DNA from: Burkholderiales bacterium
Lineage (GTDB): Bacteria; Pseudomonadota; Gammaproteobacteria; Burkholderiales; JAEUOS01
Length of the DNA: 64,000 nucleotides
Reading direction: 5' to 3'
Assembly: GCA_947473125.1 (NCBI GenBank)
Contig: CANJDH010000015.1
Span: 184-64,183, forward strand
Shown here: piece after piece, positions 31,002 to 42,442 of the stretch
Position numbering within the stretch: position 1 is the stretch's first letter
Layout: each line of letters begins with the position of its first letter
Program-made: the position numbers and the translations under genes
Notes under the pieces: generated by a model
The model's input: the letters and a program-made list of their open reading frames with translations, nothing else
Told to the model about the DNA's origin: nothing
Database searches by the model: none

Positions 31002-31243
31002 GCTCGGTCATCCCTCGATAAGGTTCGATGACTCGCATCGCAATAATATTTGCCCGAATCACCCATGACGGCATCTTCTGGTGGGATGTGCACGCCGCAT
31101 CGCGCGCAACTAACCATGGTGCCGGCTTGGGGATTCACGGGAGGCACATCTGCAGCGCTGCCTCCGTGTCGGCCGGTAGCCTTGTATCGAAGCCAGCATA
31201 CCAGCGCCACGACAAGCAACGCCACCAAGGCAATCTTGCCCAC
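30998..31243 (-). CDS. Small membrane-anchored Cys-motif protein (PP0621-family-like)
   Basis: GTG 31243 overlaps the upstream stop (TAGTG) and the stop overlaps the kinase start (ATGA). The product has one TM helix (IALVALLVVALVCWL) and CARCGVHIP...YYCDASH. Confidence 0.6.
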   Translation of the reverse strand: MGKIALVALLVVALVCWLRYKATGRHGGSAADVPPVNPQAGTMVSCARCGVHIPPEDAVMGDSGKYYCDASHRTLSRDDRA

Positions 31244-32130
31244 TAGACCCGGCCCAGCATGACTTCGAGGACGAAGCGGCTCCCAACATAGGCCAGCAGC
31301 AGCGCAGCGAATCCCGCAAATGTGCCGTGAAGGGCCGCGCGGCCACGCCACCCGTAGGCTAGGCGCCCGAGAAGCAACACCGCAAAAATGCACCAAGCGA
31401 GCAACCCGAAAATGGTCTTGTGATCAAACGTCAGGGCGCGACCAAATATTTCTTCGGAAAAGACGATGCCGCTGACAACCGTCAGTGACAGAAATGCAAA
31501 CCCGATTCCTAGCACTTGGAACAGCAATCTTTCCATGGTCAGCAGCGGTGGCAGGCCTGATGGCACCTCGCCATCGCGCCCTCCGCTACGGCGAGAATGC
31601 AGACGGCGCTCCATCACTGCCATCATCACCGCGTGAGCCGCTGCGATCGCCATGAACGCGTACGCCAACATCGCAATGAGAACATGAGCAACAAATGCCG
31701 GCGCTTGCGCCTTTGCTGTCATCAACGTGCCGCCAAACAGTGCCGGCAACATGACCGACAGGGCGGCAGGCGGCAACACCAGCGCCGGCATTCCTTCCAA
31801 TGGATGAACCAAACTTTCAACCCCGTAGAAGATCAATGCCAATAGCGCCATCATGGAGAGTGCATGGGCAAATCCGAATCGAAACTGGCCGCTCCCGAAT
31901 GTCGCATAGGCAAGCAAGAACGCATGCAAAACGACCGCCACCGCAAGCAGCAACCGCTCCCACCACTCGAATCCACTTCCCGCCGATAACCCACCGTGGC
32001 GCTCGCCTACCGTTACAGCGCCACCGGAACGCCAGCGCGTAGTCCAGAAATGAACTGCGAGCCCGGCATAAAGAAGTGCGGCAAGGCCGTGGAGTAAAAT
32101 TACCGAAGTCATCCTTTGATTGTAGTGCAA
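31243..32130 (-). CDS. YpjD/CcsA-like cytochrome c assembly family membrane protein
   Basis: 295 aa and polytopic. It is divergent from ffh, as in the classical ffh-ypjD arrangement. Confidence 0.8.
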   Translation of the reverse strand: MHYNQRMTSVILLHGLAALLYAGLAVHFWTTRWRSGGAVTVGERHGGLSAGSGFEWWERLLLAVAVVLHAFLLAYATFGSGQFRFGFAHALSMMALLALIFYGVESLVHPLEGMPALVLPPAALSVMLPALFGGTLMTAKAQAPAFVAHVLIAMLAYAFMAIAAAHAVMMAVMERRLHSRRSGGRDGEVPSGLPPLLTMERLLFQVLGIGFAFLSLTVVSGIVFSEEIFGRALTFDHKTIFGLLAWCIFAVLLLGRLAYGWRGRAALHGTFAGFAALLLAYVGSRFVLEVMLGRV

Positions 32131-32133
32131 GCA

Positions 32134-33501
32134 ATGTTGGAAAACCTGACCGACCGCCTCTCACGGGTGGTGAAAACCCTGCGCGGCGAAGCACGGGTGA
32201 CCGAGGCCAATTCGGCGGAAATGCTGCGGGAAATACGGCTTGCGCTGCTTGAGGCGGACGTTGCGTTGCCCGTAGTGCGGGATTTCATCGCGCGGGTCAA
32301 GGAAAAGGCACAGGGTCAGGACGTCGTCGGGTCCCTCACCCCCGGACAAGCGCTGGTCGGCATCGTCAGTAAAGAGCTTGCCGCAGTGATGGGCGGCGAG
32401 GCGTCGGGACTCAATCTATCGACGACGCCGCCTGCGGTTCTGCTCCTCGCAGGTCTGCAAGGCGCTGGAAAAACCACCACCGCCGGCAAACTTGCCCGCT
32501 GGCTCAAGGAACAGCAAAAGAAGAAGGTGCTTCTGGTGTCTGTGGATATTTATCGCCCAGCCGCCATCAAACAACTCGAAACGGTTGCTGCCCAGGCTGG
32601 CGCCGACTTCTTTCCTTCCACTCCCGAACAAAAGCCCGTCGAAATCGCGCTTGCAGCGGTCCAATGGGGCAAGAGCCACTACCACGATGTGGTGATTGTC
32701 GACACTGCAGGGCGCCTCGGCATTGATGATGCCATGATGCAGGAAATCGCGGCGTTGCACGCCACGGTCAACCCGATCGAAACGCTATTTGTGGTTGACG
32801 CGATGCTGGGTCAGGACGCAGTAAACACAGCCAAGGCGTTTCACGACACCCTCCCGCTTACAGGTGTCATTCTTACCAAACTGGACGGTGATGCGCGCGG
32901 CGGCGCCGCCCTCTCCGTCAGGCAGATCACGGGCGCCCCGATCAAGTTTGCCGGCACCGGCGAGAAGCTCAGCGGATTCGAGGTGTTTCACCCGGACCGG
33001 ATGGCAAGCCGCATTCTTGGCATGGGCGACATCCTCTCCCTGGTCGAAGAGGCGCACGCCAGCATTGACCTCGACGAAGCGCAGAAAATGGCGGACAAGT
33101 TCAAGTCCGGCAAGGGCTTCGATCTTGACGACTTCAAGGCGCAGATTGGCCAGATGCGAAAAATGGGCGGCCTCTCGTCCATGCTCGAAAAACTGCCTGC
33201 GCAACTTGCAAATGCAGCGCAGGGCGCTGATTTGAACAAGGCGGAGCGCGATGTGCGACGCATGGAGGGCATAATCAACTCGATGACTCGCCAGGAACGC
33301 GCCAAACCGGAGTTGATCAAGGCCAAACGCAAGCAGCGTATTGCAAAGGGGGCAGGCGTGCAGGTTCAGGAGGTCAATCGCATGCTCAAGCAGTTTGAGC
33401 AAATGCAGGGCATGATGAAGCAGCTCAAAAAGGGCGGAATGCAGAAGATGATGCGCGGCATGGGTCGCCTCATGGGAGGCGGGATTCCGGGAATCCGCTG
33501 A
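32134..33501 (+). CDS. ffh: Signal recognition particle protein Ffh
   Basis: The product starts MLENLTDRLSRVVKTLRG, has the GTPase motifs GLQGAGKTTT and DTAGR, and has a Met-rich M domain. Confidence 0.96.
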   Translation: MLENLTDRLSRVVKTLRGEARVTEANSAEMLREIRLALLEADVALPVVRDFIARVKEKAQGQDVVGSLTPGQALVGIVSKELAAVMGGEASGLNLSTTPPAVLLLAGLQGAGKTTTAGKLARWLKEQQKKKVLLVSVDIYRPAAIKQLETVAAQAGADFFPSTPEQKPVEIALAAVQWGKSHYHDVVIVDTAGRLGIDDAMMQEIAALHATVNPIETLFVVDAMLGQDAVNTAKAFHDTLPLTGVILTKLDGDARGGAALSVRQITGAPIKFAGTGEKLSGFEVFHPDRMASRILGMGDILSLVEEAHASIDLDEAQKMADKFKSGKGFDLDDFKAQIGQMRKMGGLSSMLEKLPAQLANAAQGADLNKAERDVRRMEGIINSMTRQERAKPELIKAKRKQRIAKGAGVQVQEVNRMLKQFEQMQGMMKQLKKGGMQKMMRGMGRLMGGGIPGIR

Positions 33502-33599
33502 CCCCCGATCAGCCGTGCGTCCGCAGGGGTCCTCCTGTGCGCCCGGGCGCGATGACGAGGGGTTCCACGCTGCCCGCCCTTCCCCTCCATGACCCCCAG

Positions 33600-34406
33600 T
33601 CAGGCCGCGATGGCCAGACTGTTCTGTACCCCTTCAATGCCTGGCACCCGCCAAGCAACCAGTTCACAGCGCGCCTTGAGTTCATTGCTGGACACCTGCC
33701 CGGCAAGCTGGACGATGCGTCCCACTGCAGCGACCTCTATTTCCAAGTTGCGGGTAGGCGGATGCAGTTTTAGCAGTGCCTTCACATGCGCCTCGGTCAT
33801 GAGGCTTTCGAGTTTTCGGTGCGATTCGGCAGTTGCGACGAATCGCGGCTCCTTGGCGAGCGCGACAATTCTGTCAACGCACTTCTGTACGGGTACTTGG
33901 CTTGCGTCCACCGTCAAGTGATACATGGCGTCATCGCGGTAGTCTGCCTTGAAGTGCCGCTTCATGATCGCTGCATGCGCTTCGTCGAACAGGAAGATTT
34001 CCCGCTTCAACGTCTCAATATCCGCCTTGGGAAATTTTTTGTGCAGAACTTTTAGCCGCGCTTCGGCGGGCGCCGTCACACGCACCCGAATCACATGCGA
34101 AACGTCCGCCAGCAGCGCGGTGGCGCCCCAGCCACGCAATAGCGACCCTTCAGGCAATCCCGCCAGTTCCAAAATTTCGTAGGCGGAGAGGATTGAAGGC
34201 AGAGTGTGATCCGGCGTCAATTCGCTTGAGGGATCATCCTTGGCGTCGAGCAATCGCACCACGTGACTGCGCCGCACGCGCGACCTGTCGGAAAGATGAT
34301 CAATCACCTCATAGTGGATCACCGGCAAACCAAGTTTCCTGGCCACACCGTCGGCGATTTTCTTGCCCTGGCTGCCCAATTCCCTGCCCATCGCGATAAC
34401 CGTCAT
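33600..34406 (-). CDS. Cytidylate kinase-like family protein fused to a C-terminal BON domain
   Basis: The N-terminus MTVIAMGRELGSQGKKIADGVARKLGLPV is cytidylate-kinase-like. The C-terminal 60 aa (IEVAAVGRIVQLAGQV...VAWRVPGIEGVQNSLAI) is BON-like. No signal peptide is present. Confidence 0.7.
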   Translation of the reverse strand: MTVIAMGRELGSQGKKIADGVARKLGLPVIHYEVIDHLSDRSRVRRSHVVRLLDAKDDPSSELTPDHTLPSILSAYEILELAGLPEGSLLRGWGATALLADVSHVIRVRVTAPAEARLKVLHKKFPKADIETLKREIFLFDEAHAAIMKRHFKADYRDDAMYHLTVDASQVPVQKCVDRIVALAKEPRFVATAESHRKLESLMTEAHVKALLKLHPPTRNLEIEVAAVGRIVQLAGQVSSNELKARCELVAWRVPGIEGVQNSLAIAA

Positions 34407-34538
34407 GACGCGCTCTTTTCCCTTGCCACAGTGGTGTTTATCATAACCAGAAAGCACCTCGCGCGCTACAATCGGTATCGATGGCGCAGGAGAGTGGCAA
34501 CCCTGCGTCTGTCCACACACTCAACAAGGAGTTTTTAC

Positions 34539-35042
34539 ATGACGATCAAAGTCGGCGATACCATGCCATCCGGCACGCTGAATGAATTTATCGAAGTAGA
34601 GGGCAACGGTTGTTCCATCGGCCCCAATACCTTCAAGGTTGAAGAGTTGCTCAAGGGCAAGAAGATTGCAATCTTCGGCTTGCCTGGAGCTTACACGCCG
34701 ACCTGCTCGGCAAAGCATGTGCCCGGATATCTGGCCAACTACGACGCGCTCAAGGCCAAAGGCGTTGATGAAATTTGGTGCATTTCGGTGAACGACGCGT
34801 TCGTCATGGGGGCCTGGGGACGTGACCAGAAAGCGGGCGGCAAGGTTCGCATGATGGCCGACGGCAGCGCTGACTACGTCACCAAGCTGGGTTTGACACT
34901 GGACTTGACGGCTCGCGGCATGGGAGTTCGGTCAGACCGCTTTTCGATGTATGTCGACAACGGCGTAGTCAAAAGTGTGAACCGCGAAGCGCCCGGCAAA
35001 TTCGAAGTGAGCAACGCGGAAACGCTGATCAAGCAGATTTGA
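34539..35042 (+). CDS. Peroxiredoxin (Prx5/PrxD type)
   Basis: AAGGAG lies upstream of the start. The product has the active-site motif PGAYTPTCS. Confidence 0.92.
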   Translation: MTIKVGDTMPSGTLNEFIEVEGNGCSIGPNTFKVEELLKGKKIAIFGLPGAYTPTCSAKHVPGYLANYDALKAKGVDEIWCISVNDAFVMGAWGRDQKAGGKVRMMADGSADYVTKLGLTLDLTARGMGVRSDRFSMYVDNGVVKSVNREAPGKFEVSNAETLIKQI

Positions 35043-35065
35043 CCGTCACTGGCACGCGCGGTCAC

Positions 35066-35097
35066 AAAAAAGGCCCCGCCGCAAGCGGGGCTTTTTT
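35066..35097. terminator. Bidirectional rho-independent terminator between the peroxiredoxin gene and proB
   Basis: AAAAAAGGCCCCGCCGCAAGCGGGGCTTTTTT: a 7-bp GC stem flanked by an A-tract and a T-tract. Confidence 0.85.
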
Positions 35098-35135
35098 GTC
35101 GGTGTCAGCTGGGAATGGCGAAGGTCCAAGCGGCT

Positions 35136-37285
<2,150 letters not shown>

Positions 37286-37302
37286 CTACCTGAATGTTCC
37301 AA

Positions 37303-37337
37303 TAAAAAAGCCCAACCGGCAATTACCAGTTGGGCTT
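37303..37337 (-). terminator. Rho-independent terminator/attenuator between rpmA and obg
   Basis: The minus strand reads AGAAGCCCAACTGGTAATTGCCGGTTGGGCTTTTTTATT. Confidence 0.7.
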
Positions 37338-37374
37338 CTAGGCGCTGTACTTGGTAACCGGGTGCAGGGCAGGC

Positions 37375-37632
37375 TTAAGCCGGCACCACGCTCAAGGTAC
37401 GGCGTTGCTTTGCTCCTTTGACGGCGAACACCAGACGCCCTTCCGCCGTAGCGAAAAGCGTGTGGTCCTTGCCCATGCCGACGTTGTCGCCGGCGTGGAA
37501 CTCGGTGCCGCGCTGACGCACGAGGATGTTGCCAGGGATGACCAACTCCCCGCCGTATTTTTTGACGCCGAGTCGCTTCGACTCCGATTCACGGCCGTTG
37601 CGCGTAGAGCCGCCGCCTTTTTTGTGTGCCAT
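37375..37632 (-). CDS. rpmA: 50S ribosomal protein L27
   Basis: [24 protein letters not shown]. Confidence 0.97.
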   Translation of the reverse strand: MAHKKGGGSTRNGRESESKRLGVKKYGGELVIPGNILVRQRGTEFHAGDNVGMGKDHTLFATAEGRLVFAVKGAKQRRTLSVVPA

Positions 37633-37644
37633 GAGGTTCTCTCC

Positions 37645-37956
37645 TTACGCGTTGATCGCCGAGATCTCGATCTCGGTGTAGTTTTGACGATGCCCTTGAT
37701 GCTTCTGATAGTGCTTGCGGCGGCGCAGTTTGAAAATCTTCACCTTGTCCGCACGCCCATGGGAAATGACCTTGACAGTCACCGTCGCCCCGACCACCAA
37801 GGGTGCACCCACTTTCACATCAACGCCTTCACCTACCATCAACACCTGATCGAGAACGATTTCTTGACCGATGTCTGCAGGTATCTGTTCTACCTTTAAT
37901 TTTTCGCCATTGGCAACGCGATACTGCTTGCCTCCGGTTTTTATGACCGCATACAT
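37645..37956 (-). CDS. rplU: 50S ribosomal protein L21
   Basis: [14 protein letters not shown]. The start was chosen at this methionine rather than at the longer ORF. Confidence 0.96.
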   Translation of the reverse strand: MYAVIKTGGKQYRVANGEKLKVEQIPADIGQEIVLDQVLMVGEGVDVKVGAPLVVGATVTVKVISHGRADKVKIFKLRRRKHYQKHQGHRQNYTEIEISAINA

Positions 37957-38147
37957 GGAGTGTGTCCTTGAGAAAAATACCCGCACTTTTTGCGGGGAAC
38001 TTGGAATAATAGCAGAAATCCCCATAAAAGTCAAAGGCTTCCGGCGTTAAAGCAGCCCCTCTGCCACTTACCGCGTCCACCACAACATTCCATTTGATTT
38101 CAGTGTCTGCGAAGACTAGACTCGCCGGGCGCCCACCCATACTCTTC

Positions 38148-39116
38148 ATGCAAATATCCGACCTCACGGCCTCAATTGCGGCCGACATGGCGGCCGTCGA
38201 CACTGTCATTCGGGCCCGCCTGACCTCAGAAGTCCCCCTGATCAACCGGATTGCCGAATACATCATCTCGGCAGGGGGCAAACGCCTGCGGCCGGTCCTT
38301 CTCATTCTTGTCGCAGGGGCGCTCGGACACAAGGGGCCCAAAGCCCATGAACTTGCGGCCGTGGTTGAATTGATCCATACGGCGACGCTGCTGCACGATG
38401 ACGTCGTGGATGAATCCGACTTGCGCCGCGGACGCAGCACGGCCAACGCCATGTTTGGCAATGCCGCAAGCGTTCTGGTGGGCGACTTCCTTTACTCCCG
38501 TTCATTCCAGATGATGGTCGCGGCCGGCAACATGCGGGTGATGGAAGTATTGTCGGAAGCGACCAACGTCATCGCCGAAGGCGAAGTGTTGCAGTTGATG
38601 AACATTGGTGATGCCGACGTTTCGGAGGAGCGTTACCTGCGCGTGATCCGCTACAAGACTGCCAAATTATTTGAGGCGGCTGGCCGGTTGGGCGCCATCG
38701 TTGCCGGGGCAGACGAGCCCACGATCACGCGTATGGCCGAGTTTGGCATGCGTCTGGGCACGGCATTTCAACTCATTGACGATGTGCTTGACTACGCGGG
38801 CACGGCCGAAGACACCGGGAAAAACGTGGGTGACGACCTGGGTGAAGGCAAACCCACTTTGCCCCTTATCCATGTACTCGCCAATGGCTCGGCGGCGCAA
38901 CAAGCAACGGCAAAAAGCGCCATCACCAACCCGGGCGGTATTGAATTTTCGGCCGTGCTGGAAGCCATCGCATCAACCGGGGCGCTTGAATACACCCGCC
39001 GTGTCGCCGTACGGGAAGCGGCGCTTGCAAAGCGCTCGCTGGACGGCTTTGCGCCGTCGAAGCATCTGGAAACTTTGATACAATTGTGCACTGTTGCAGT
39101 TGAGCGCAAGGGTTGA
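38148..39116 (+). CDS. ispB: Octaprenyl diphosphate synthase IspB
   Basis: The product has the polyprenyl synthase DDxxD motifs (LLHDDVVDE, LIDDVLD) and is divergent from rplU. The start is uncertain (38094 or 38148). Confidence 0.9.
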   Translation: MQISDLTASIAADMAAVDTVIRARLTSEVPLINRIAEYIISAGGKRLRPVLLILVAGALGHKGPKAHELAAVVELIHTATLLHDDVVDESDLRRGRSTANAMFGNAASVLVGDFLYSRSFQMMVAAGNMRVMEVLSEATNVIAEGEVLQLMNIGDADVSEERYLRVIRYKTAKLFEAAGRLGAIVAGADEPTITRMAEFGMRLGTAFQLIDDVLDYAGTAEDTGKNVGDDLGEGKPTLPLIHVLANGSAAQQATAKSAITNPGGIEFSAVLEAIASTGALEYTRRVAVREAALAKRSLDGFAPSKHLETLIQLCTVAVERKG

Positions 39117-39177
39117 GGGCAGATTGCCCGCGCATCCGGCCGGTTCGGCGTTTGCACCGCACCAACTGACAAGGCAT

Positions 39178-39254
39178 CGGGGTGTAGCTTAGCCTGGTAG
39201 AGCGCTACGTTCGGGACGTAGAGGCCGGAGGTTCGAATCCTCTCACCCCGACCA
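39178..39254 (+). tRNA. tRNA-Pro (anticodon CGG)
   Basis: The acceptor stem is CGGGGTG/CACCCCG, the anticodon arm is CTACG-TTCGGGA-CGTAG, the T-arm is GGTTCGAATCC and the 3' CCA is encoded. Confidence 0.95.
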
Positions 39255-39272
39255 ACCCGCTCCGACACGAGC

Positions 39273-39301
39273 TTGACACCAGCTGGCAGTATCTTGATAC
39301 T
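39273..39301 (+). promoter_or_regulatory. Sigma-70-like promoter upstream of the CorC/HlyC-family gene
   Basis: TTGACA (39273-39278), a 17-nt spacer and GATACT (39296-39301). Confidence 0.4.
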
Positions 39302-39330
39302 CGGGCGATGCCCCTGCTAAAAGTTCCGGC

Positions 39331-40596
39331 TTGAACGCAATCCCCCTGTTTGCTCAAATTGGTGCGTTGGTCGCGCTTCTGCTGTTTTCGGCTTTTTTTT
39401 CGATTGCCGAAACGAGCATGATGGCGCTCAATCGGTACCGGCTCAAAGCCCTGGTCGGTCAGGGCAAACGCGGCGCGATCCAAGCCTCCGAGCTTCTGGC
39501 GCGCACCGACCGCCTGCTCTCGGTCATCTTGATCGGCAACAATCTGATCAATGCGGGCATTTCGGCTCTCGTCACGGCCATGGCCATCGTGCATTTCGGC
39601 AACAATGAGATCGTGCTGGCAGCGACCACGGGGGTCGTCGCATTTCTGATCATCGTATTTTCGGAGATCACGCCCAAGGTCATCGGTGCGACCTACCCGG
39701 AACGCGTGGCCTTCCCGGCGAGCTACATCCTCAAACCGCTCATCGTTGTCGCCTATCCGGCGTATTGGTTTGTGAACCTGTTCGTCAGCGCGTTGCTCAA
39801 GGTCTTCCGGATCGACATGCACGCTGCCAGCGAGTCGCAACGAATCAGCCCGGAGGAGTTGCGCACGCTGGTACTTGAATCGGCGCACTTCATTCCCCAG
39901 AAACACATGAGTATCCTGCTCAACCTGTTCGAGCTCGAACAGATCAGCGTCGACGACGTCATGGTGCCGCGAGCACACCTGGAATCGCTGAACCTGGAGG
40001 ACGAGCCGGGCGTGATCGCCCGCAAGCTTACGACCAGCAATCATCGGCGCCTGATCGTGCACGATGGCGATATCAACAATATCAAGGGCGTACTCCTGGT
40101 CCGCAAGGCTACGGCGCTGTTCGCGGAGGGCGAGGTCAGCCGGGAACGCATTCTTGAACTCGTAACCGAACCTTATTTTGTGCCCGCTGCCACACCGGTA
40201 TTCCAGCAGCTGCAACTGTTCCAGGAGAATCGCCAGCGCATGGCGCTGGTGGTCGACGAGTATGGCGAGCTGCAGGGCCTGGTCACGCTTGAAGACATTG
40301 TCGAGGAGATGATCGGGGAATTCACCACGGGCGCCCCGTTGGCGCGATCCCACCCCACAGCATGGGACGAAAAGGGGGCGGCGCTAATTGAAGGCGGCGC
40401 CTTGCTGCGTGACCTCAACCGCCACCTCGGTCTCGATTTCCCCCTCGAAGGACCGAAAACGCTGAACGGATTGATCCTCGAACACCTGCGCGACATACCG
40501 GAAGTCGGCGTAAGCGTCAAAATAAGCGGGTGCGCCATGGATATCGTACAGACCGAGGATCGCGTCATCCGTACGGTTCGTCTGCTGCGCCCTTGA
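39331..40596 (+). CDS. HlyC/CorC (CNNM) family transporter: DUF21, CBS pair and CorC_HlyC domains
   Basis: The product has four N-terminal TM segments with FFSIAETS, a CBS pair and a C-terminal transporter-associated domain. The start codon is TTG. Confidence 0.88.
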   Translation: MNAIPLFAQIGALVALLLFSAFFSIAETSMMALNRYRLKALVGQGKRGAIQASELLARTDRLLSVILIGNNLINAGISALVTAMAIVHFGNNEIVLAATTGVVAFLIIVFSEITPKVIGATYPERVAFPASYILKPLIVVAYPAYWFVNLFVSALLKVFRIDMHAASESQRISPEELRTLVLESAHFIPQKHMSILLNLFELEQISVDDVMVPRAHLESLNLEDEPGVIARKLTTSNHRRLIVHDGDINNIKGVLLVRKATALFAEGEVSRERILELVTEPYFVPAATPVFQQLQLFQENRQRMALVVDEYGELQGLVTLEDIVEEMIGEFTTGAPLARSHPTAWDEKGAALIEGGALLRDLNRHLGLDFPLEGPKTLNGLILEHLRDIPEVGVSVKISGCAMDIVQTEDRVIRTVRLLRP

Positions 40597-40691
40597 CAGG
40601 CAAGCCCGACTTTGCCGTCAGGCTGCCTTTACACTATCGCGGTTTCGATGCCTGATCCACAACTGATGCGCTAGCCAACTTCCTGCCCGCC

Positions 40692-41147
40692 ATGGCCACC
40701 ATGAACACCAATGATGCGCCCACCGCGCTCACGCGCATGATGAACATGGGAGTGGCGCCGTTCAACATCGCGACCGCGGTCATCCTGATCACCGCGCAAC
40801 GGCTGACCCGCCGCCTGTGCAACTGCAAAGAGCCGACCGCCATACCCGAACAGGCACTGGTCGAGGCAGGATTCCGGGACAGCAATCTGGACGGATCGTG
40901 GCAGCCATTCAAGCCGGTTGGCTGCGAGCGCTGCAAGGGGTTCGGCTACAAAGGGCGGGTCGGAATCTGCCAGGTGATACCGATTTCCGAAGAAATTGAG
41001 CGTATCATATTGGAGCACGGTACCGCGATCGATATCGTGGATCAGGCTGCTCGCGAGGGAGTGCGTAGGCTGCGACAGTCGAGACTGGTCAAGGTCATGC
41101 AGGGCCTGACCTCCGTAGAAGAAGTACTGGGCTGCACCAACGAATAA
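40692..41147 (+). pseudogene. pilB: 5'-truncated type IV pilus ATPase PilB (C-terminal ~150 aa only)
   Basis: The translation matches only the GspE/PilB C-terminus (TNDAPTALTRMMNMGVAPFNIATAVILITAQRLTRRLCNC...CERCKGFGYKGRVGICQV). An in-frame TGA lies at 40653-40655. Only 96 bp separate it from the upstream gene, so the Walker A/B, Asp-box and most of the His-box are absent. Confidence 0.8.
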
Positions 41148-41167
41148 CTTCCACAGGAGGGGAGCGC

Positions 41168-42382
41168 ATGGCGACCGCTGCTAAGGGACCAAAAGAGTTT
41201 ACGTTTGTCTGGGAAGGTAAGGACAAATCGGGCAAAACCGTCCGCGGCGAAATGCGTTCGACCGGCGACGCCGTCGTACGGGCCACGCTGCGCCGCCAGG
41301 GCGTGCTGGTCAACAAGATCAAGAAGCAGGGCTTAGGCAAGGGTGGCAAGGTCTCGGACAAGGACATTACCCTGTTCACCCGGCAGCTGGCGACCATGAT
41401 GAAAGCCGGTGTGCCGCTGCTGCAGTCGTTCGACATTGTCGGCAAAGGCCATTCGAACCCTGCCGTGGCGCGCCTCCTGATGGAACTCAAGACCGAAGTA
41501 GAGACCGGCTCAAGCCTGACCAATGCGTTTCGCAAGTATCCGCTGTATTTTGATCCGCTGTTCTGCAACCTGGTCGGCGCGGGCGAGCAAGCCGGTATTC
41601 TGGAAACACTGCTGGACCGGCTGGCGTCGTACAAGGAAAAGATCCTCGCGATCAAGAGCAAGATCAAATCCGCCCTGTTCTACCCGATCTCGATCATCGT
41701 GGTGGCTTTCGTGATCACTGCGGTGATCATGATTTTCGTGATCCCGGCATTCAAGCAGGTGTTCACCAGCTTCGGTGCGGACCTGCCCACCCCAACCTTG
41801 ATAGTGATGGGCATTTCCGACTTTTTTGTGCAGTGGTGGTGGGCAATTTTTGGCGCCATCGGGGGCGGGTTCTACTACTTCATGGAGGCCTGGAAGCGGT
41901 CCTTTGCAATGCAGGTTTTCATGGACAAACTGGCGTTGAAGGTACCCGTGTTCGGTGACCTCATCCGCAAGGCCACGATCGCGCGCTGGACCCGTACGTT
42001 GTCGACCATGTTTGCCGCTGGCGTGCCGCTGGTGGAAGCGCTTGATTCGGTCGGCGGCGCATCCGGCAACCAAGTCTATGTCCAAGCCACCAAGCGCATA
42101 CAAAACGAAGTCTCCACGGGTACCAGCCTTACGGTAGCGATGCAAAACGCGAACGTGTTTCCGTCCATGGTGATCCAGATGTGTTCGATCGGTGAAGAGT
42201 CGGGCGCACTCGACGGCATGTTGTCCAAAGTGGCCGATTTTTTTGAGGCCGAAGTGGACGATGCGGTCGAAGCGCTTTCCAGCCTGATGGAGCCGATGAT
42301 CATGGTGGTATTGGGCACCCTGATTGGCGGCATGGTGGTGGCCATGTACTTGCCGATCTTCAAGCTCGGCGCCGCCGTGTAA
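41168..42382 (+). CDS. pilC: Type IV pilus platform protein PilC (GspF family)
   Basis: 404 aa with two GspF repeats and three TM segments. It lies 20 bp after the pilB remnant. Confidence 0.95.
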   Translation: MATAAKGPKEFTFVWEGKDKSGKTVRGEMRSTGDAVVRATLRRQGVLVNKIKKQGLGKGGKVSDKDITLFTRQLATMMKAGVPLLQSFDIVGKGHSNPAVARLLMELKTEVETGSSLTNAFRKYPLYFDPLFCNLVGAGEQAGILETLLDRLASYKEKILAIKSKIKSALFYPISIIVVAFVITAVIMIFVIPAFKQVFTSFGADLPTPTLIVMGISDFFVQWWWAIFGAIGGGFYYFMEAWKRSFAMQVFMDKLALKVPVFGDLIRKATIARWTRTLSTMFAAGVPLVEALDSVGGASGNQVYVQATKRIQNEVSTGTSLTVAMQNANVFPSMVIQMCSIGEESGALDGMLSKVADFFEAEVDDAVEALSSLMEPMIMVVLGTLIGGMVVAMYLPIFKLGAAV

Positions 42383-42442
42383 GTAGCCGGCGCGCCTTAA
42401 CCCTCTTGCTGGCGGCGCCTTGATGGCGCCGCCTTTGCTTTC

